From assembly GCF_025526975.1 (NCBI RefSeq), contig NW_026515670.1, positions 1 to 64,000 of the forward strand: a stretch of DNA of 64,000 nucleotides. Direction: 5' to 3'. The stretch comes from Fimicolochytrium jonesii. Taxonomy: Eukaryota. The notes under the pieces are model-generated. The model was not told where the DNA came from, did not search any database, and was given only the letters and a program-made list of their open reading frames with translations. The position numbers were made by a program, and so were the translations under genes. This document shows positions 36,938 through 50,281 of this stretch, one piece after another (the stretch's first letter is position 1; every line of letters begins with the position of its first letter).

Positions 36938-37452
36938 GCATCAAGCACGGATCCAGTGGCGACGTTGACCACGCACTTCCGCCTGGCCGGCCGCCCCCGT
37001 ACTCGGCGGAACGTGCAGCATCGTGGGGTTCATACTTCGCCGAAAGATTGCCCAAGAAAGAGACTGCAGTCGTGGCCACCACTACTGCAGCCATCGGTTG
37101 CTCTCCTGCACTGCAAGGACCCTTGGGGTGGAAAGACATCCTCTCGGCCGGCACTGGCGTGGTTGGGGGTGTCGTTGACAAAGTCTTAACCCGCAAACCC
37201 AAAGAGAGCCAGTTCGACCAGAAGGCGGTTCTTGCTTCCTACTACGCCTTCACGCACAATCAGGCCTTCAAAACGACGCATGCCAAACAGATAGCGTTCG
37301 AAGCCGAGGAGGCCGCTAAAGTACGGGAGCACCAGCGCGAGATGGCGATGTTGAAGCTTACGTCGCAGCGCGAAGCCCGAGCACACCAACTGAGGATGGC
37401 GAAGATGATGATCGCCAGAAGGAAACGCTTTAGGGTAGTTTTCAATCTTTAG
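36938..37452 (+). pseudogene. Coding-like 3' gene fragment without a usable ATG
   Basis: Open frame with a PPPY motif and a C-terminal coiled coil. The first ATG is close to the end. Confidence 0.4.
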
Positions 37453-37918
37453 ACGGACTCCTTAAAACGAAAAGAAGTAATAGAAATTGCTCGTCTCGGA
37501 AAAAACGTACCGCAGGAAGGCCCAGCTTTCTGCTTTCGCCCAAACCCATTCGTCCTCCTCATAACACGGTTATTCTGCACAGCTTTTGAGCTCCTTTCTA
37601 CGTCCGCCATTTCAGCCATCTCCGGCCCGACGTACTGTACAGTACTGTAATCCTGCCGGGAAAAGATACGCGTATGGGTATGATAAAACGAGGAATCTAG
37701 TTACAGACTATGGGGGTTGAGACGGTATGTTAGACAGGGTAGAATTTGCGAGGGGATTTATGAGGCGCCTTGAGGGAGGGGAGAATGATGAAGAACATGA
37801 GAAGAGTATGCGTGGATTTGCGAGGCCAAGAGGAGCAGGGGTAACTGCAGGGAGAGGTGGTTTGCGAGAGGTTTGGTTTACAAATGGCGGCACACCCCGT
37901 ATGACCTTTCCGCCCCCT

Positions 37919-40820
37919 TCATGAAGCCCCATACTTCCCGGCCGACAACGCCCTCGTCGTCTCCACAACCTCCACCCTCTCCCCCGCCTCCACCAAAACC
38001 CCCACGGCACCCAACGACGCACTCGGCGCCGAGAACTGCACAATCACTGTCCCCGGCACCGCCATCTCCGTCGTATCCATCCTCGCCAGCAGTTTCGTAG
38101 GCTGATCGCTTGCAACAGCCATGTCGCCAACTTTCCACAGGATGGCTTTGCGCTCGGGGTTCCAGATGCCGGTGGGTGAGGTGCGGACGGTGCTGATTTC
38201 GCCGCCGGCTGTGACGGGGACGAGGAAGCGGATGTTGGTTAGGAGGGGGGATTGTGTGGCGGTGGTGGTGGTGGGGTTTGTGAGCGGGGCGGATGCGTTG
38301 AGCTGGTACGCGAGCAGTAAGGAGGTCTGTGTCGGCTCGCATTTCCATACGGCGTTGACCAGTAACGGGGCGGAACGTGCGGGGTCGCCGTCGATGCGGA
38401 CTTGGTATTTGAAGATAGGCACGCTTGAGAGGGACTCGCTCGCGCTGCGACGCAACGCAGCGCAGTCTACTATGAACAGATCAGGTTGGGCTGGGTCCGC
38501 GGCACGGACGAACGCGTCGTTGGGGACGAGGTGCGCGAGCTGGTTGGCGTTCGCTACACGGATCTTGAACGATTCCATGCCCGCCGTGTCTACAAATTGC
38601 CCCTGCTCCGACACGGACGACAAAAGCACTTCGCCCGTCACGAGCAATTTCTCGACGTGCCCTGTTTTGATGAGCGCGTTCACGATCTCCGTCACTGCTA
38701 CGCGCACGCGGACGGGGCCGGTGTACGTGGGCGTGGCGACGGTTGGCGTGCCTTTGGTGGGTTCGAGAGAAGGGATGGAGGATGTGGCTGAGTTGGGGGA
38801 AAGGCTTCCCCAGACGTCGAGATCTCGTTCTGAGAGGTTGGAGAAGTTGCGAGGTGTGGTTAGGGATTTGGGATCGGATGATGGAGGGTTGTCGCTACCG
38901 GATAGTGATATGCGTCGGGAACTGTTGGAACAATATTTGTTAGAGATGTGAACTCTTAAGAAGGGTATCGCACCATCCCCCCATTTCAGCGAGAATCATC
39001 CGCAATACTTACGCTCGCTTCGCGGCATTCCGAGCCCCACTCGGACCAAGGACATTCTGGAACTGCCGCAATGCCTTGCTCATGTCTTCAGGACTCTCCA
39101 CGATGGTCTCTTTCCTGATGGCTACTTTGATCTTTTGACTAGCGAGGCTGTTCAACATAGAAAGTGCGTCAACAACCAGGTGTGCCTGGAAGTGCGGTGC
39201 TCGATCCCGAAAATCCGTTCGTATCACACCAGCGGCCGCACCCACCTAGCATTGTCCTCATCGTCCCCATCCAAATTCCCATTCGCAGGATTATCCCACG
39301 GCAAACTCGACGAACCCGTCGCCGGAATACTATACCCCTCATCATCCACCTGCGGCTGGTTCGGCCCGTTCGTCGACGAAGGCGCCAGCGAAACCGTATC
39401 CCTCGACAAAGTCCGCCCGTTCGGGGGCAACACGACCGAATTTTTGCGCGACGTGTTGGTCGAGCTCGCCCCGTCGCTGATCATGGCGGCGGGTGCCTGC
39501 CCGTCGTTGTTGCTTTTGGTGGCGCAGAAGGTTGCGATTTCATGGGGGACGTCGAAAGACATTACGGCTGCAAGGACGCTGTCGGAGATCTGGAGGGTGG
39601 GCGGTCGATCGTGAGTGGATGTAGTGTTTGGCATCAAGTCGGAACATGCATACTCACGGCGTTCTTGCTGGCATCATGCTTCGATTCCAGATCTGCGTAT
39701 TTTGACATTGTGTCTTTGAGAAACTCTAGGCGGGACTCATCCATTGTTTGAAATCGCTGCGGCGGAAACGCGTCAGCCTGAGTACGAGTAGGGCTTTCCA
39801 CGCAATGTGGGAATCTCAACTTATGCCTACCTCGAAAGCTTGAATCGCCTGAGGCGTCCAGTGCTCTTGTGCAGCCTCTTTCGCGGCTTGGGCATCCGCC
39901 ACCTTCTTGTCTGATGCATTTCAACGATGTCAGCCTTGGATAGACCATCATAAGCCAACCCGCACAAACCTGATTTTTCCGACGCCGCACCCTTCTTCGC
40001 TTTCGCTGCTGCCTGTGAACCATCACCATACCATTCAGCCGAACCATCACCGGATCCATATTCCGATGAGACGCTTCGCCGCATCCAGTCCTCACCTTCA
40101 GATATTTCATATTCTTATCCTCATAATCCTTCGTTGCTCTCCCAAAATCCGCTTCATACTGCATCAAACGCACCATACCCATATCAGTCACCGACACCCA
40201 CGTCGCCATCCCGAATTCCCGTATTGTAACAGCGTCCCCACCTGCTTCAACTTTGCCCAATCAGCATCAACCTGCGCCCTCCCCCTAACCGGTTTCTCCA
40301 TCTTCTCCGACACCTCCTTTGCGTATGTCGAGTGCAGCGTGGCGACCTCCACGATCGATTTGAGGAGCTGGTCCCAGACTTCTGTGAATGTCCTGTTTCG
40401 TCGGGATGAGCATACGCTCTGTGGGAGAGACCTGGAGAGTAAGGCAACTCACCCGACAAAGTCCTTATCCGTCGGAGCCAGCACATGCTTCTTTGCGAGT
40501 CTTTGTAGTTCGCTGGCGTATTTCTCCTCGACCGCAGCGCTGTTTTTCACAGGGAGTATGAGACCACTTTCCATCCTCAGAACATAATTCCCTTATAAGG
40601 CCCCCAAACGACGCTCACGCACCGGTCCCTAAAATAATTCGCAACCTCTTCATCCAGCCCCTGCGCCCGCTTGAGTCTCCGCTGCACGATTTCGAAGGAC
40701 TCTTTTGGTTTGTCGAGCTAGACAGATATTAAAAGGTTAGATGCCTCTCCCAGTAGAACATCATACTGCCATCGTGATGGGTGGGGAACTTACGCTGAAA
40801 GCCTCGACGTAACGCGACAT
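37919..40820 (-). CDS. SYP1: Muniscin (Syp1/FCHo1-2): F-BAR plus mu-homology domain, multi-exon
   Basis: Starts MSRYVEAFS, has F-BAR helices (QTMDESRLEFLKD), the VDDEGYSIP motif and a muHD (VTEIVNALIK...VTGEV...WNPERKAILWK...GKY). Confidence 0.85.
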
Positions 40821-41287
40821 CTTTTCCGACAGCGTTTGTGATTGGAGTGGTAGTGTGGGGGCGATCGGCCGATTCAGTCGAGGAACGAGTAGTCAGAGGG
40901 TGTAGCGTTTATAGTGACGGGCCAGCCGTTCTATGAGGCGGGAAGTTCCACGGAATTGTGCACGACTCAGTCGCAAGGGGGCGGGCGACGGCGGCTGTAA
41001 TTTGTTTGAACGCCGAAAGCCTCGTTCGACTCATTTCGCGTCACGCACAGACTCTCTCTCTTCGACGTTCCACACGAAACTTCTTTTTCCTCACTTTGTT
41101 CGAATCGCCTTCATGAGAGATCTTTTTCCGATGGGGGTGATTTGACGGACTCATTTCAGACATAAGTGAAACTATCTACACATGGGGATGGCCGAGTTAA
41201 AGGAAATACATCGCCCTTTTTCGCTTTCGCTACGCTACCAACCGCTCCAACGCCGCATAAGTTTATCTAAAGCCCAGGCGCAGCGCT

Positions 41288-42734
41288 CTATTGACCAAGA
41301 TTCAGCAGCATGTTCGTTCCGCTTCCCCCCTTGTTCGACGGCAAGTACGTCACGTTCCTCGCCGAAGACAAGCTGGTCGCGATATCCTTCGACGCCTCGA
41401 TCCTCCGCAACTCCAAATGGGCCTGGCCAGACTTCTTATATGCGTTGGAGACCAGTTGCGCAGCTTGCGATTCTCCCTCGGCGCGGATGATGGCTGCGAG
41501 CTGTTCTTGTTCGGCTTTTTCGACGACGAAACGGGCGCGCTCGGCTTCTTGTTGTGCGATTACTTTTTGTTCGACAGCGTCAGTGAAATCTTTGCCGAAT
41601 GTCAAGTGTGTCTATAATCAAGGGAAGTTCAGTTTGGGCCGTTCATGGAATGCATGCCTCACATGCAAATGGACGGAGAACTCACCAGAGATACATCTTC
41701 GAGAACAATGTTGAATTCGCGAGCACGCTTGTGCAGGTCCTCCCGAATCCTTTGCGAGACCTGCGACAGAATGAAAGAGGAGTGAGATGACCCATCGACC
41801 ATCAACAAAAGATCCCCCCGAGATGACCCATCAACCATCAACAAACGGTACCCTCCCATCAGAACGTCAGCAAACGATACCATGCTCGCTCCGCTCGCGA
41901 CAAGGATGTTGAGCTCGGCGGATATTGCGCTGTGGTGGGCCGAGCGTAGCTCGCTTTGCTCGCAAAGGCGGGCCGCGTGCCTCAAGCATCCCTTCCTGGC
42001 TTCGCTCAGCGCAGTCCGCATTCGCTCCAGGTAGCCTACCCGCTCCCTTGCGCGAATCAACGCCATGTCTCACTCCCTCACTCACTCCCTCCGTCCTCCC
42101 GCACTCCGTCCCTCATTCTACCTACCTGATCACGCTGGGTAATCAACTCCCCAGCATCAAACTGGGCGACAATGGACTTCAACACCTCGTTTCCGATCGA
42201 CGGCAACACCCTATCATCATAATCCTGTCCCAAGTTGGAAAAGATGACGGGAATCTTTGAAATCTCCGGCCTGTGCAACACACGCAAGGTGAGAGAGACC
42301 ATCTGCATATCCTTGGACCCTGTCGTGGTGGAGATGTTGCGGGGTTTGGTGCGGACGTCAAATTTGTAAGCTTTTTGGAGCCATGGGACGAGGAAGTGTG
42401 TGCCTTCGCCGACGACGGTTTGGTCGACTCCGCGCCAACGGTCGAAGATTACTGCTCTTTGGCCTCCCTCCACTGTTGTAAGAGTGACAAGAAACCATTA
42501 GCATTGGAAAGGGGAAAGCAATGATGCGGTCGTTCGTTCGTTCAAAGGCGAAATAACATTGGCCTCCTTAAGCCGACATCCTCGAAACCCCAAAGCGGGA
42601 GATCACAATTATCCGTCTCCAAGGTGGGTCAGTTGGCAAAGCTCACCGTTGTAGATGCTGTACTGCAGACCGCTGACGACTGCGCCGATGGGCACGGCCC
42701 ACCGTGCGAGAGACTCCAATGCGGCGGCGGACAT
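41288..42734 (-). CDS. PHB1: Prohibitin 1
   Basis: [66 protein letters not shown]. Three introns, one of 365 nt (41761-42125). Confidence 0.95.
41881..42066. other. Branched fold-back element inside a PHB1 intron
   Basis: Nested complementary arms: 41895-41905/42046-42055, 41918-41932/42007-42019 and 41942-41950/41999-42007, plus a hairpin at 41954-41967. Confidence 0.6.
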
Positions 42735-42871
42735 GGTCTTGCTGTGTGTGTGTGAGTGGTATGGAGGGGTTGGGCGGATGAGTTCGAATGTCAGTCTGCA
42801 GTCTGGATCCAGCCTTATTCCGTTCTGCGAGACCACCCTGCGAGAGAGCCCAACGCGCGGATTCCGAGAGT

Positions 42872-42881
42872 GTCACGTGAC
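42872..42881. promoter_or_regulatory. Palindromic E-box GTCACGTGAC upstream of PHB1
   Basis: Perfect 10-bp palindrome ~140 nt upstream of the ATG; bHLH-ZIP-type site. Confidence 0.45.
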
Positions 42882-43862
42882 GGGGCGAAGAAGTTTAATG
42901 CGCGGCAAGAAGGTTGAACGCCATACTGTACGTAATTGTCGCGAGCAAGTCCAGGCGCAAGCACGCGTAGTGCGCCGAGACCGACCTTCTCTATGTACTG
43001 TATACTATCCAAGCGAGCGCCGAACACCAAGGGCTGTCTTGTGTTGGCGAGCGACCCTACCTAGATATCTTCGCACCGTACAGGTAGCCAACGAATGCGT
43101 TTGAAGTCTTGCATCACCCCCAATCTTCTTTGCAAGCCGTCCCCCATCTATACAAACACGAGGTATTTGTACCAGCGGAAAGAGATACCTAGCGTCGCCT
43201 TGCCGTTGGGACGGAGCCGCCTGGGAGGAGACATCCAGGCGAGAAAAGATCCCGGGTGCGGAGGTGGGATCGGGATGGCCAGTGCCTCCTTTTTTTTCGC
43301 TGCTCACGCTATCCGCGAACGGGCGGTGTTCGGAACGCCCCACATCGCCCGCCGTCCTCTTTCGTACACACAATGTACCTCTCGTGTAATGCCAAATCAC
43401 CTTGGATGTCCGTTTCAAGCTCCTCATAGCCCTTCACAACCCTCCACCGATCTGGAAAAGGTACGTATATTCACCCCGGATGTATGCACGATGAGCGAAA
43501 GTGCGTATGGATCATCCGAACTCCCCCGGGTATATCGAGAGGGAGCCACTGTACGAAGGTCGATACCTTTAGGAATTTATGTCCGTTGAGCAAATCCTGT
43601 GCTGCATGGTGAATTGTGTGATCTTGCTTTAGCCTCGCCTTCAAACGCTCATCCACGCAAAGATCATCATCGCTATTGCTCCTTCGTAAATGTCCATTCT
43701 TCCGTGGATTCATATGCATGTATATACATCGCCCAGCCAGTGTCCTATGTCCCACCGTCGAGGTCGGGGGTAATACCTCGTACTTCTCACAATACTACAT
43801 ACATCCCATGCAAAAGCGCCGCAAGAACAAATGCCGAAAAATCGTTTCGCAGTGCCTTCCAC

Positions 43863-46800
43863 TCACGCCGTGCCACTCTGCAAACTACGCCAGATAGTGT
43901 CCACAACACATTTCGGCGGCACTACTCCCTTCGCCTCGCCCCCACCCGCACCGGCAACCCTCACCAGATCCGCAAAATTCGCCAACCGCACCACATCCCC
44001 CCTCGTCCCCCTGCCCGCAACCCCCGCCCCCTTGACCTCCTTCAACCCGCTGAACCCCCTCGCAACCTCCTCAGCCCTCCTCACAATCCCCTCGGGGACC
44101 CCCGCCATGCTCGCGACATTCATCCCATAACTCTTCGGACACGTCCCGCGGGTCAGCTTGTACAGAAACACGACCTCGCGCTTCTCTTCGTCGGTCATGT
44201 AGCCCATGTACATCATCGCGACCAAGGGGTTGGCCGCAAACTCGGTCGTGAGCTGGCGGTAGTGGGTGGAGAACAGGCCGAGACACCGCACGCGCGTGAC
44301 GAGGTGGTGCAGGACCGCATAGGCGATGGCGTACCCGTCAAAGGTAGACGTTCCCCTGCCGAGTTCATCCAGAATGACGAGCGAGCGCGGCGTCGCTTCC
44401 TTCATGATCTTGCAGGTCTCGGCGAGCTCGACCATGAATGTGGATTGGCCGGCGAGGATCTTGTCGTTGGCGCCGAGGCGGGTGAAGATGCGGTCGAAGA
44501 CGGTGAGGCGGCACCGCCGCGCGGGGACGTGGCAGCCGAGTTGGGCCATGATGACTGCGATGCAGGTTTGGCGGAGGAGTGTGGATTTGCCGCCCATGTT
44601 GGGGCCGGTGAGGAGGACCATGTTGGGCTTGCTGGTTGCAGTGGATGGGTCGTCGCCGGTTGCACCCGCTCCGAAATGAAGATCGTTGGGTATAAAGTCG
44701 ATCTTGCTCGATCCGGGACCCGTAGTGATACACGGATGTCGCATTTCATCAATCTCCAATAACGGTCCACTACCACCATTCCCGTTCTCCTCCATCTCCA
44801 CAAACTCCGGCCTGCACATCGGCTCCCCCACAAACCGCGCACACCTCGCCAGACTAATCAAACAGTCCAACTCAGCAATCTTGCCCACAACCCGCAACCA
44901 GTCCTGATAATGCTCGTCAAACCGCTTACACAGCCTCGCCTTCACATTCCGCACCGCAGCGTCGCGAACCTCCCTCGCCTCCAAAAACTCCCTCACGAGC
45001 TCCTCACCGCGCGGGCTCCACCACCGACTAACCGCCGCGGTATTGGATTTGATCTGCCAGTCGCGGGGCACGTTTACTTTCTTGGGCATCTCCATCTGGA
45101 AGAGCTCCTTGCCCATATCCTTGAACACGATCTTGCATTTGAGGGTGCGCTCGCATTCGACGCGATGACGCTCGAGTTTTGCTTCTACGGCTTCGATGGC
45201 TTCGCAGGCTTGGTCGAATTCTTCGTCGTAGCCGCGGTGGAGGTGGATCAGGTCGGATTCGGTGGCTTTGCGGTGGTCGAAGGCGTCGGCGAAGTAGTTG
45301 AGGCTTTCCACGAGGTGGGCAGGGAGAGCGTTTTCGAAGATGGAATGGAGTTGCTTGGAACGGAAGCTCGGAAGGTACGTCTGCATATCTTCCATCATTT
45401 CCTGTTTCGCAAAGAGGGGGGGAGAACGTTTGATGAGATGAACCTGGCCAGCAATGACCAACGCCCAGGACCATGATGAGACCATCGCAACATACCCCAA
45501 TAGTCCTAAAAGCAGCCAAGGCCGCCACAAACTCCCTAACCCTCACACTCCCCGCATGAATCCTCGAAATAACCCTCTCCAAATCCGGCAACCCCCTCAG
45601 ATCCCCCTCCACCTTCTCCAACTGCCCGGGCACCGCATTCAGATCCTCCGACGCATCCAACCGATCCTCAATCCGCCTCACATCCCTCAACGGGTGACAC
45701 ACCCATTTCTTGAACAACCGTTTCCCGAACGGCGTCTCGGCGTGGTTGAGCAGTTTATGCAATGTGCCCGTGTCGGAGCCGTCGTGGGTGTTTTCAAAGA
45801 TCTCGAGATTGATGAGGGTTTGCCCGTCGAGAATGAGGGAGCCGGATTGCCGGATGGGGTCGTAGATGTGGAAATTGCGCGCTGAGACAAGTTGGCGGTC
45901 GATCATAAGGGTGCGGAGGTAGGAGAGCAGGCCGCCGAAGGCTTCTCTGGCGAGGGGTCTGGCCATGTCGATGGCTTTGGGCCAGTCGGCTTCGTTTTGG
46001 AAGTAGTTGCGCGCGCGGAGTTCGTCGAGCGCATATTCGGCGGTGTAGAACTCTTTCTCTGGGATGAGGAAGTTTATGGCGAGATTCTGTAAATTGTTCT
46101 TCAAGAGCCTCATTGAGGGTTTGCTGAATCGCCCCTGAACGGAAGACAAGTGACGAGTGTCAGAAACGGCTCATGGCATAGTGGGAGACAAAGCGACTAT
46201 CACCTTCTCGAGAACCAGCTCCCGAGGCTTCAGCTGCATAACCAGCGTCTCTAACCGCGTGCGCTCGACATCATCCTCAAAAGCGCAAAAGGAGAATTCT
46301 GCCGTAGCGGTGTCCACGAAAGCCACTACAATATTGCCAATGACGAGAAAACGGTCAAGACTCCACAACCAACAGCAATCATTAAGCAAAACACCACAAT
46401 TCCCTCAACATACCACCAAAAGAAGGCGGCAAATGCTCCGCCTCCTGCACCTCCTTAATCGCCATACAATACGTCCCCATATCATTCGTAAGCAGCCCCG
46501 AGTCGATCAATGTGCCCGTCGTCAGGATGCACGTCAGTTCGCGATTGATGACCTTGGTTTTCTCCTCGGGCGCGCTCTTCTTGCCAAGATGCGATGTGGC
46601 GGAGTTGTCGCGGTCGCGCATGGCTTTGCCTACGGCTGTTTCGGTTTGGTCGACTTTAGCTACTTTGTAGCCCTGAGGTTGGCATGTGGTGAGACGGGGT
46701 GATAGGCTTTGAGAGGTGGGTAAATGGTAAATGGAAGACATACCTTGGCCAAGAACTGAGCGGCCCAGTGATCGAACGAGCTTTCAGGCACACCAACCAT

Positions 46801-48067
46801 CCGCATGTTGACGCGATCGGTCAGCTTGAGGTCAAAGTGTTGGTGTCCAATGTCTGCATCCTTCTCATAAAGCTCGAAGAACTATAAAAACCAGAGAGAG
46901 TAATTGTCGAACGTCAGCGAGGCTCGCGTAAGTAGTAGCCCGGCACAGGGCTAGATACAAACCTTTCCTTTCTTGAAGAACACAACAGTGTCCCAGTGGT
47001 TAGCTTTGATCTCCCAAAACTGCTTCTCGAAAGGCGTGAAGTTCTTCCATGCTTCGCGGGGTACTAGGAGGGTTCGCGGGTCGTAGTCTTCATCGGTTGG
47101 AGATCTTCCTTCCGCGTCTGACAATGAATGTTTTACATAAGTCACCGACTCAGAACAGTTTGATACCGCCACCTCAGATAAGTACCTTTAGGGTTAAGCA
47201 GCCAGGAGTACCGCTCATCATTCTTCTCCTTGAACTTTTGAGCGCGAGTTTGCTTCTTGTCCGTATCCAGCGGACTCGATACAATTGAACTCTTGCGCAA
47301 AGTTTTTGGGGCCAAACTGAACTGCTTGAGTCTGGACGAGGAGGAATTTGGCGTGGGAGCAGCGCTTCCGGTCGATGTCGACTGAGTGCTCGCTTTGTAG
47401 GGAGTGAAGGCCGCTGAGGGCTGTGACGCGCGCGAAGGAACCACGGCTTCATCATTGTCTTCGTCCACAATGCCACTGGCCTCAACCACATCCATCATGT
47501 CATAGAGCGCATCGTCTGCTATCAAATCCATATCCTCGTCCTTCCCCGCATCCCAATCCTTGTCATCCTCGTCGTCTTTGGAGACCCTCAGGCGCTTGGC
47601 GGTACCACCGTTCCTTTTAGCCGAGCGAGGCTGATCAGTAATGCGGTTTTCGACGTCTTCGTCGTCGGATTCTGCGTACACCATGCTGTTTCTCTTCCTC
47701 AGACGCTTGCGGAAGGGGATGATTTCGGCATCGTCATCCTCGTCATCTTGCGGTGCACTCGCGTCAGTAGTTGCGGTAGGCGTTGGGACTCGTGGACTAG
47801 ATGTCGCGAAGCTTCCTGAGAGGCGGGCGGCGCAGAGGAGATAGATAGTTACTCGACAGTCAGCACTAATGCGAGAGTCTTTGCAGGAGTCGTGACAAGC
47901 AACCAACCTTTCCCGTTCGTGGCACCACTTTGTTTCAAGGGCAAATGGGTAGGGGTTCCTTGCTGGCTCTTGTTTGGGACCGTAAAGAAGGAAGTGAGAG
48001 TAGTCTGCTGCGACTTTGGGGTCTTGCTGACTGAGCCAGGCGTTCTCCTCGGCGTATCCGACGGCAT
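43863..48067 (-). CDS. MSH6: DNA mismatch repair protein MSH6, multi-exon
   Basis: PIP-like [14 protein letters not shown]...[11 protein letters not shown]...[41 protein letters not shown]. Confidence 0.95.
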
Positions 48068-49113
48068 TTTGGCCCTTCTGACAAAAAGGGACTAGCGAAT
48101 GCGTTGACCGAGGCTCAAGCCACGGATGAGAACTTCGACTCCCCGGCGCCACTGTAGCGAAGGTAGCAGGATAGTATTTACGGTTGTGAGCGAGCGCCGA
48201 AGGGCCAAAGCAGGTCGAGGGAAAGCAGCTTGAGAGTAGGATGTGCAAAACGCAGAAATCTGGAGCGATTCCGTTCTGGACAAGCCTGCTATCGGACATG
48301 CTGTTTCCACACGCATTTCGACACCGCGTCTCACGCCTGCATTTGTGCACCAAACCCCCGCCTTCACTCGCATCGTGGACGTCAGCTCACATTGCATTGC
48401 ACTTGCACACGCCCGCTTGTTGCTGCCGGGATTGTCTTGGTAACGCATTGAGACTTGTGCGGACGGCCTGGAATGTCACAGGCCAAGTGTTTTCGACGCT
48501 TTCAATTGTTAGGCATCGCTTCAAGTGTAGCCGCAAATGAACCAGGACGTATGCACAAATATCAGCTTGTCCATCCGCTGAGGCCTTGGTAAAATGGTTA
48601 AGCGAAGGAAGGCTGGGCCACACATCGTATCCGTGAAGCGGTGGGTTTGACCCGCAATGCTTTTTCGCCTTTTTCTACTTCCATACATCCCCTACTTCCC
48701 ATTTTCAGGCTTCGGTACCGGTCTCGGATCACTTGCTGAACCTTTTGTGTGCGCCCCGTTGTGGACCTACTTCGCCAAGAGCTGAGGCAGGATGTCGTTG
48801 TTGGTTAGCAACGGTGGTGCAATGCATGAAGGATGGGGCGTCACCGTAACAGCTTGGGTTTAGATTTTCTTCCATGGCGGGGCGGGGGATCCGTGATACA
48901 AAGTCACGATGCGCAGGTCCTTTCCCGTTAGTTCTTCAAGTCGACGAGGCCACCCTTTACGAGACAGGTCGGTGCCACAGATGTTTCTCGCCTTCACCCC
49001 CTGTTGCCTGGGAGAAGCTTGCCTCGCTCGAGGCGCTCTCATGGCGTTGGGGCCGGGAAAGTCGCTCTCATCCTCATAGTCCTCACCTATCGGCCTGTCT
49101 TCAGAGGAAAACC

Positions 49114-49894
49114 ATGTCGGGGACTGGTCCACCCGGTGGCGGGTTGCCGTTCGATCCTCAGATGCTCCAGGCCCTCTATCAAGCCATGCAACAGTACCTC
49201 GGCCCCAAGTTCAACCGCTGGCAACGTCCAACCTTACGCACCCTTCCCCCGTAAGCCAGCAGTTCAACAGACCAGCAACTTGTGCGCCCACGAACCCACC
49301 TCTCATGACAGAGTCGAACCAGTGGACCCCCATCAACAATTTGAACCCGGCACGCGCAATGGCCCAGGTGCAGATGGCGAACGACTATAGAGGTACCATC
49401 GACGACCGCTTTCTACCTCCTAATCAGCCTGAACACCAGTTACCCAGAGCACAGGTTATAGGCCTGCTTGTGTGGAGCATATTCCGCGTGTATACCTACC
49501 TCACCCTCATTGCAACCCAGCCATAGCCACTGTAGCTCGTCGTATAGGCGAGCAAATGTTGTCGTGTGGCTAGACCTAGTCCTCACCTCCGTCATCTTAC
49601 CTCGGGTGGTGGGTGAACCGTGTCCTCCGCCCGCTCACAGGAATGCGGTCGTCTGGCCGCGAGGTGATGGGAGCAATGCGGCGGGAGCAGTCCAATTTAG
49701 TTTCGCTATGAGTGCTAACAAGGAGCACCGAGAACCTCCCTAGTTCAAAGCAGACTCTCCGTTGGGAGAATGGGATGATCGAATCTACCTCCCCAAAGGA
49801 TCCACAATACAACCTTAAAGCGCATTCATTCTCCAAGGCCATGAAACAGCACCTGGACTATGGGCCTCTTCTGCATTTTGAGCTGCCGGGATGA
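49114..49894 (+). pseudogene. Possible frameshifted or spliced gene of unknown function
   Basis: MSGTGPPGGGLPFDPQMLQ... continues in another frame after the C-run near 49203 into the MTESNQW ORF. Further coding-like pieces extend to 49894. Confidence 0.3.
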
Positions 49895-50281
49895 CATAAT
49901 GCGTTGACTTCACAAGCGGCAACCGCTATTACTGTATGTGAGCATGTCCTAACACACGATTTTGGAAAAAATCTCCGAGGCCAGTGACTGTTGACATGCT
50001 GTCGATTTACCACTTCAATTCCAGTTACGGGGGTCTTAACGCCTCCCTCACCCCCAGGGTCTCCTGTCTCACCAGAAACCGCAGAACTCATATTGCCACG
50101 ACGACGACGATAATAAAGACACAGAACACAATCTTCCCAACTCAAAGCACCTATCGTGGCAGTGCACAGTCTCAAATAAAACTTGTAGCGGCTCGTAACA
50201 CTGTACCGACGACGACCATTCTGGTCTGTCCTCTAGTTTCACTGTTTCCCACCTTTGACTCATCGAACCACCCAATCCATC

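Noticed and set aside
41659..42066. 135-aa ORF within PHB1
   Set aside because: Mostly GC-rich intron sequence running into the PHB1 exon frame.
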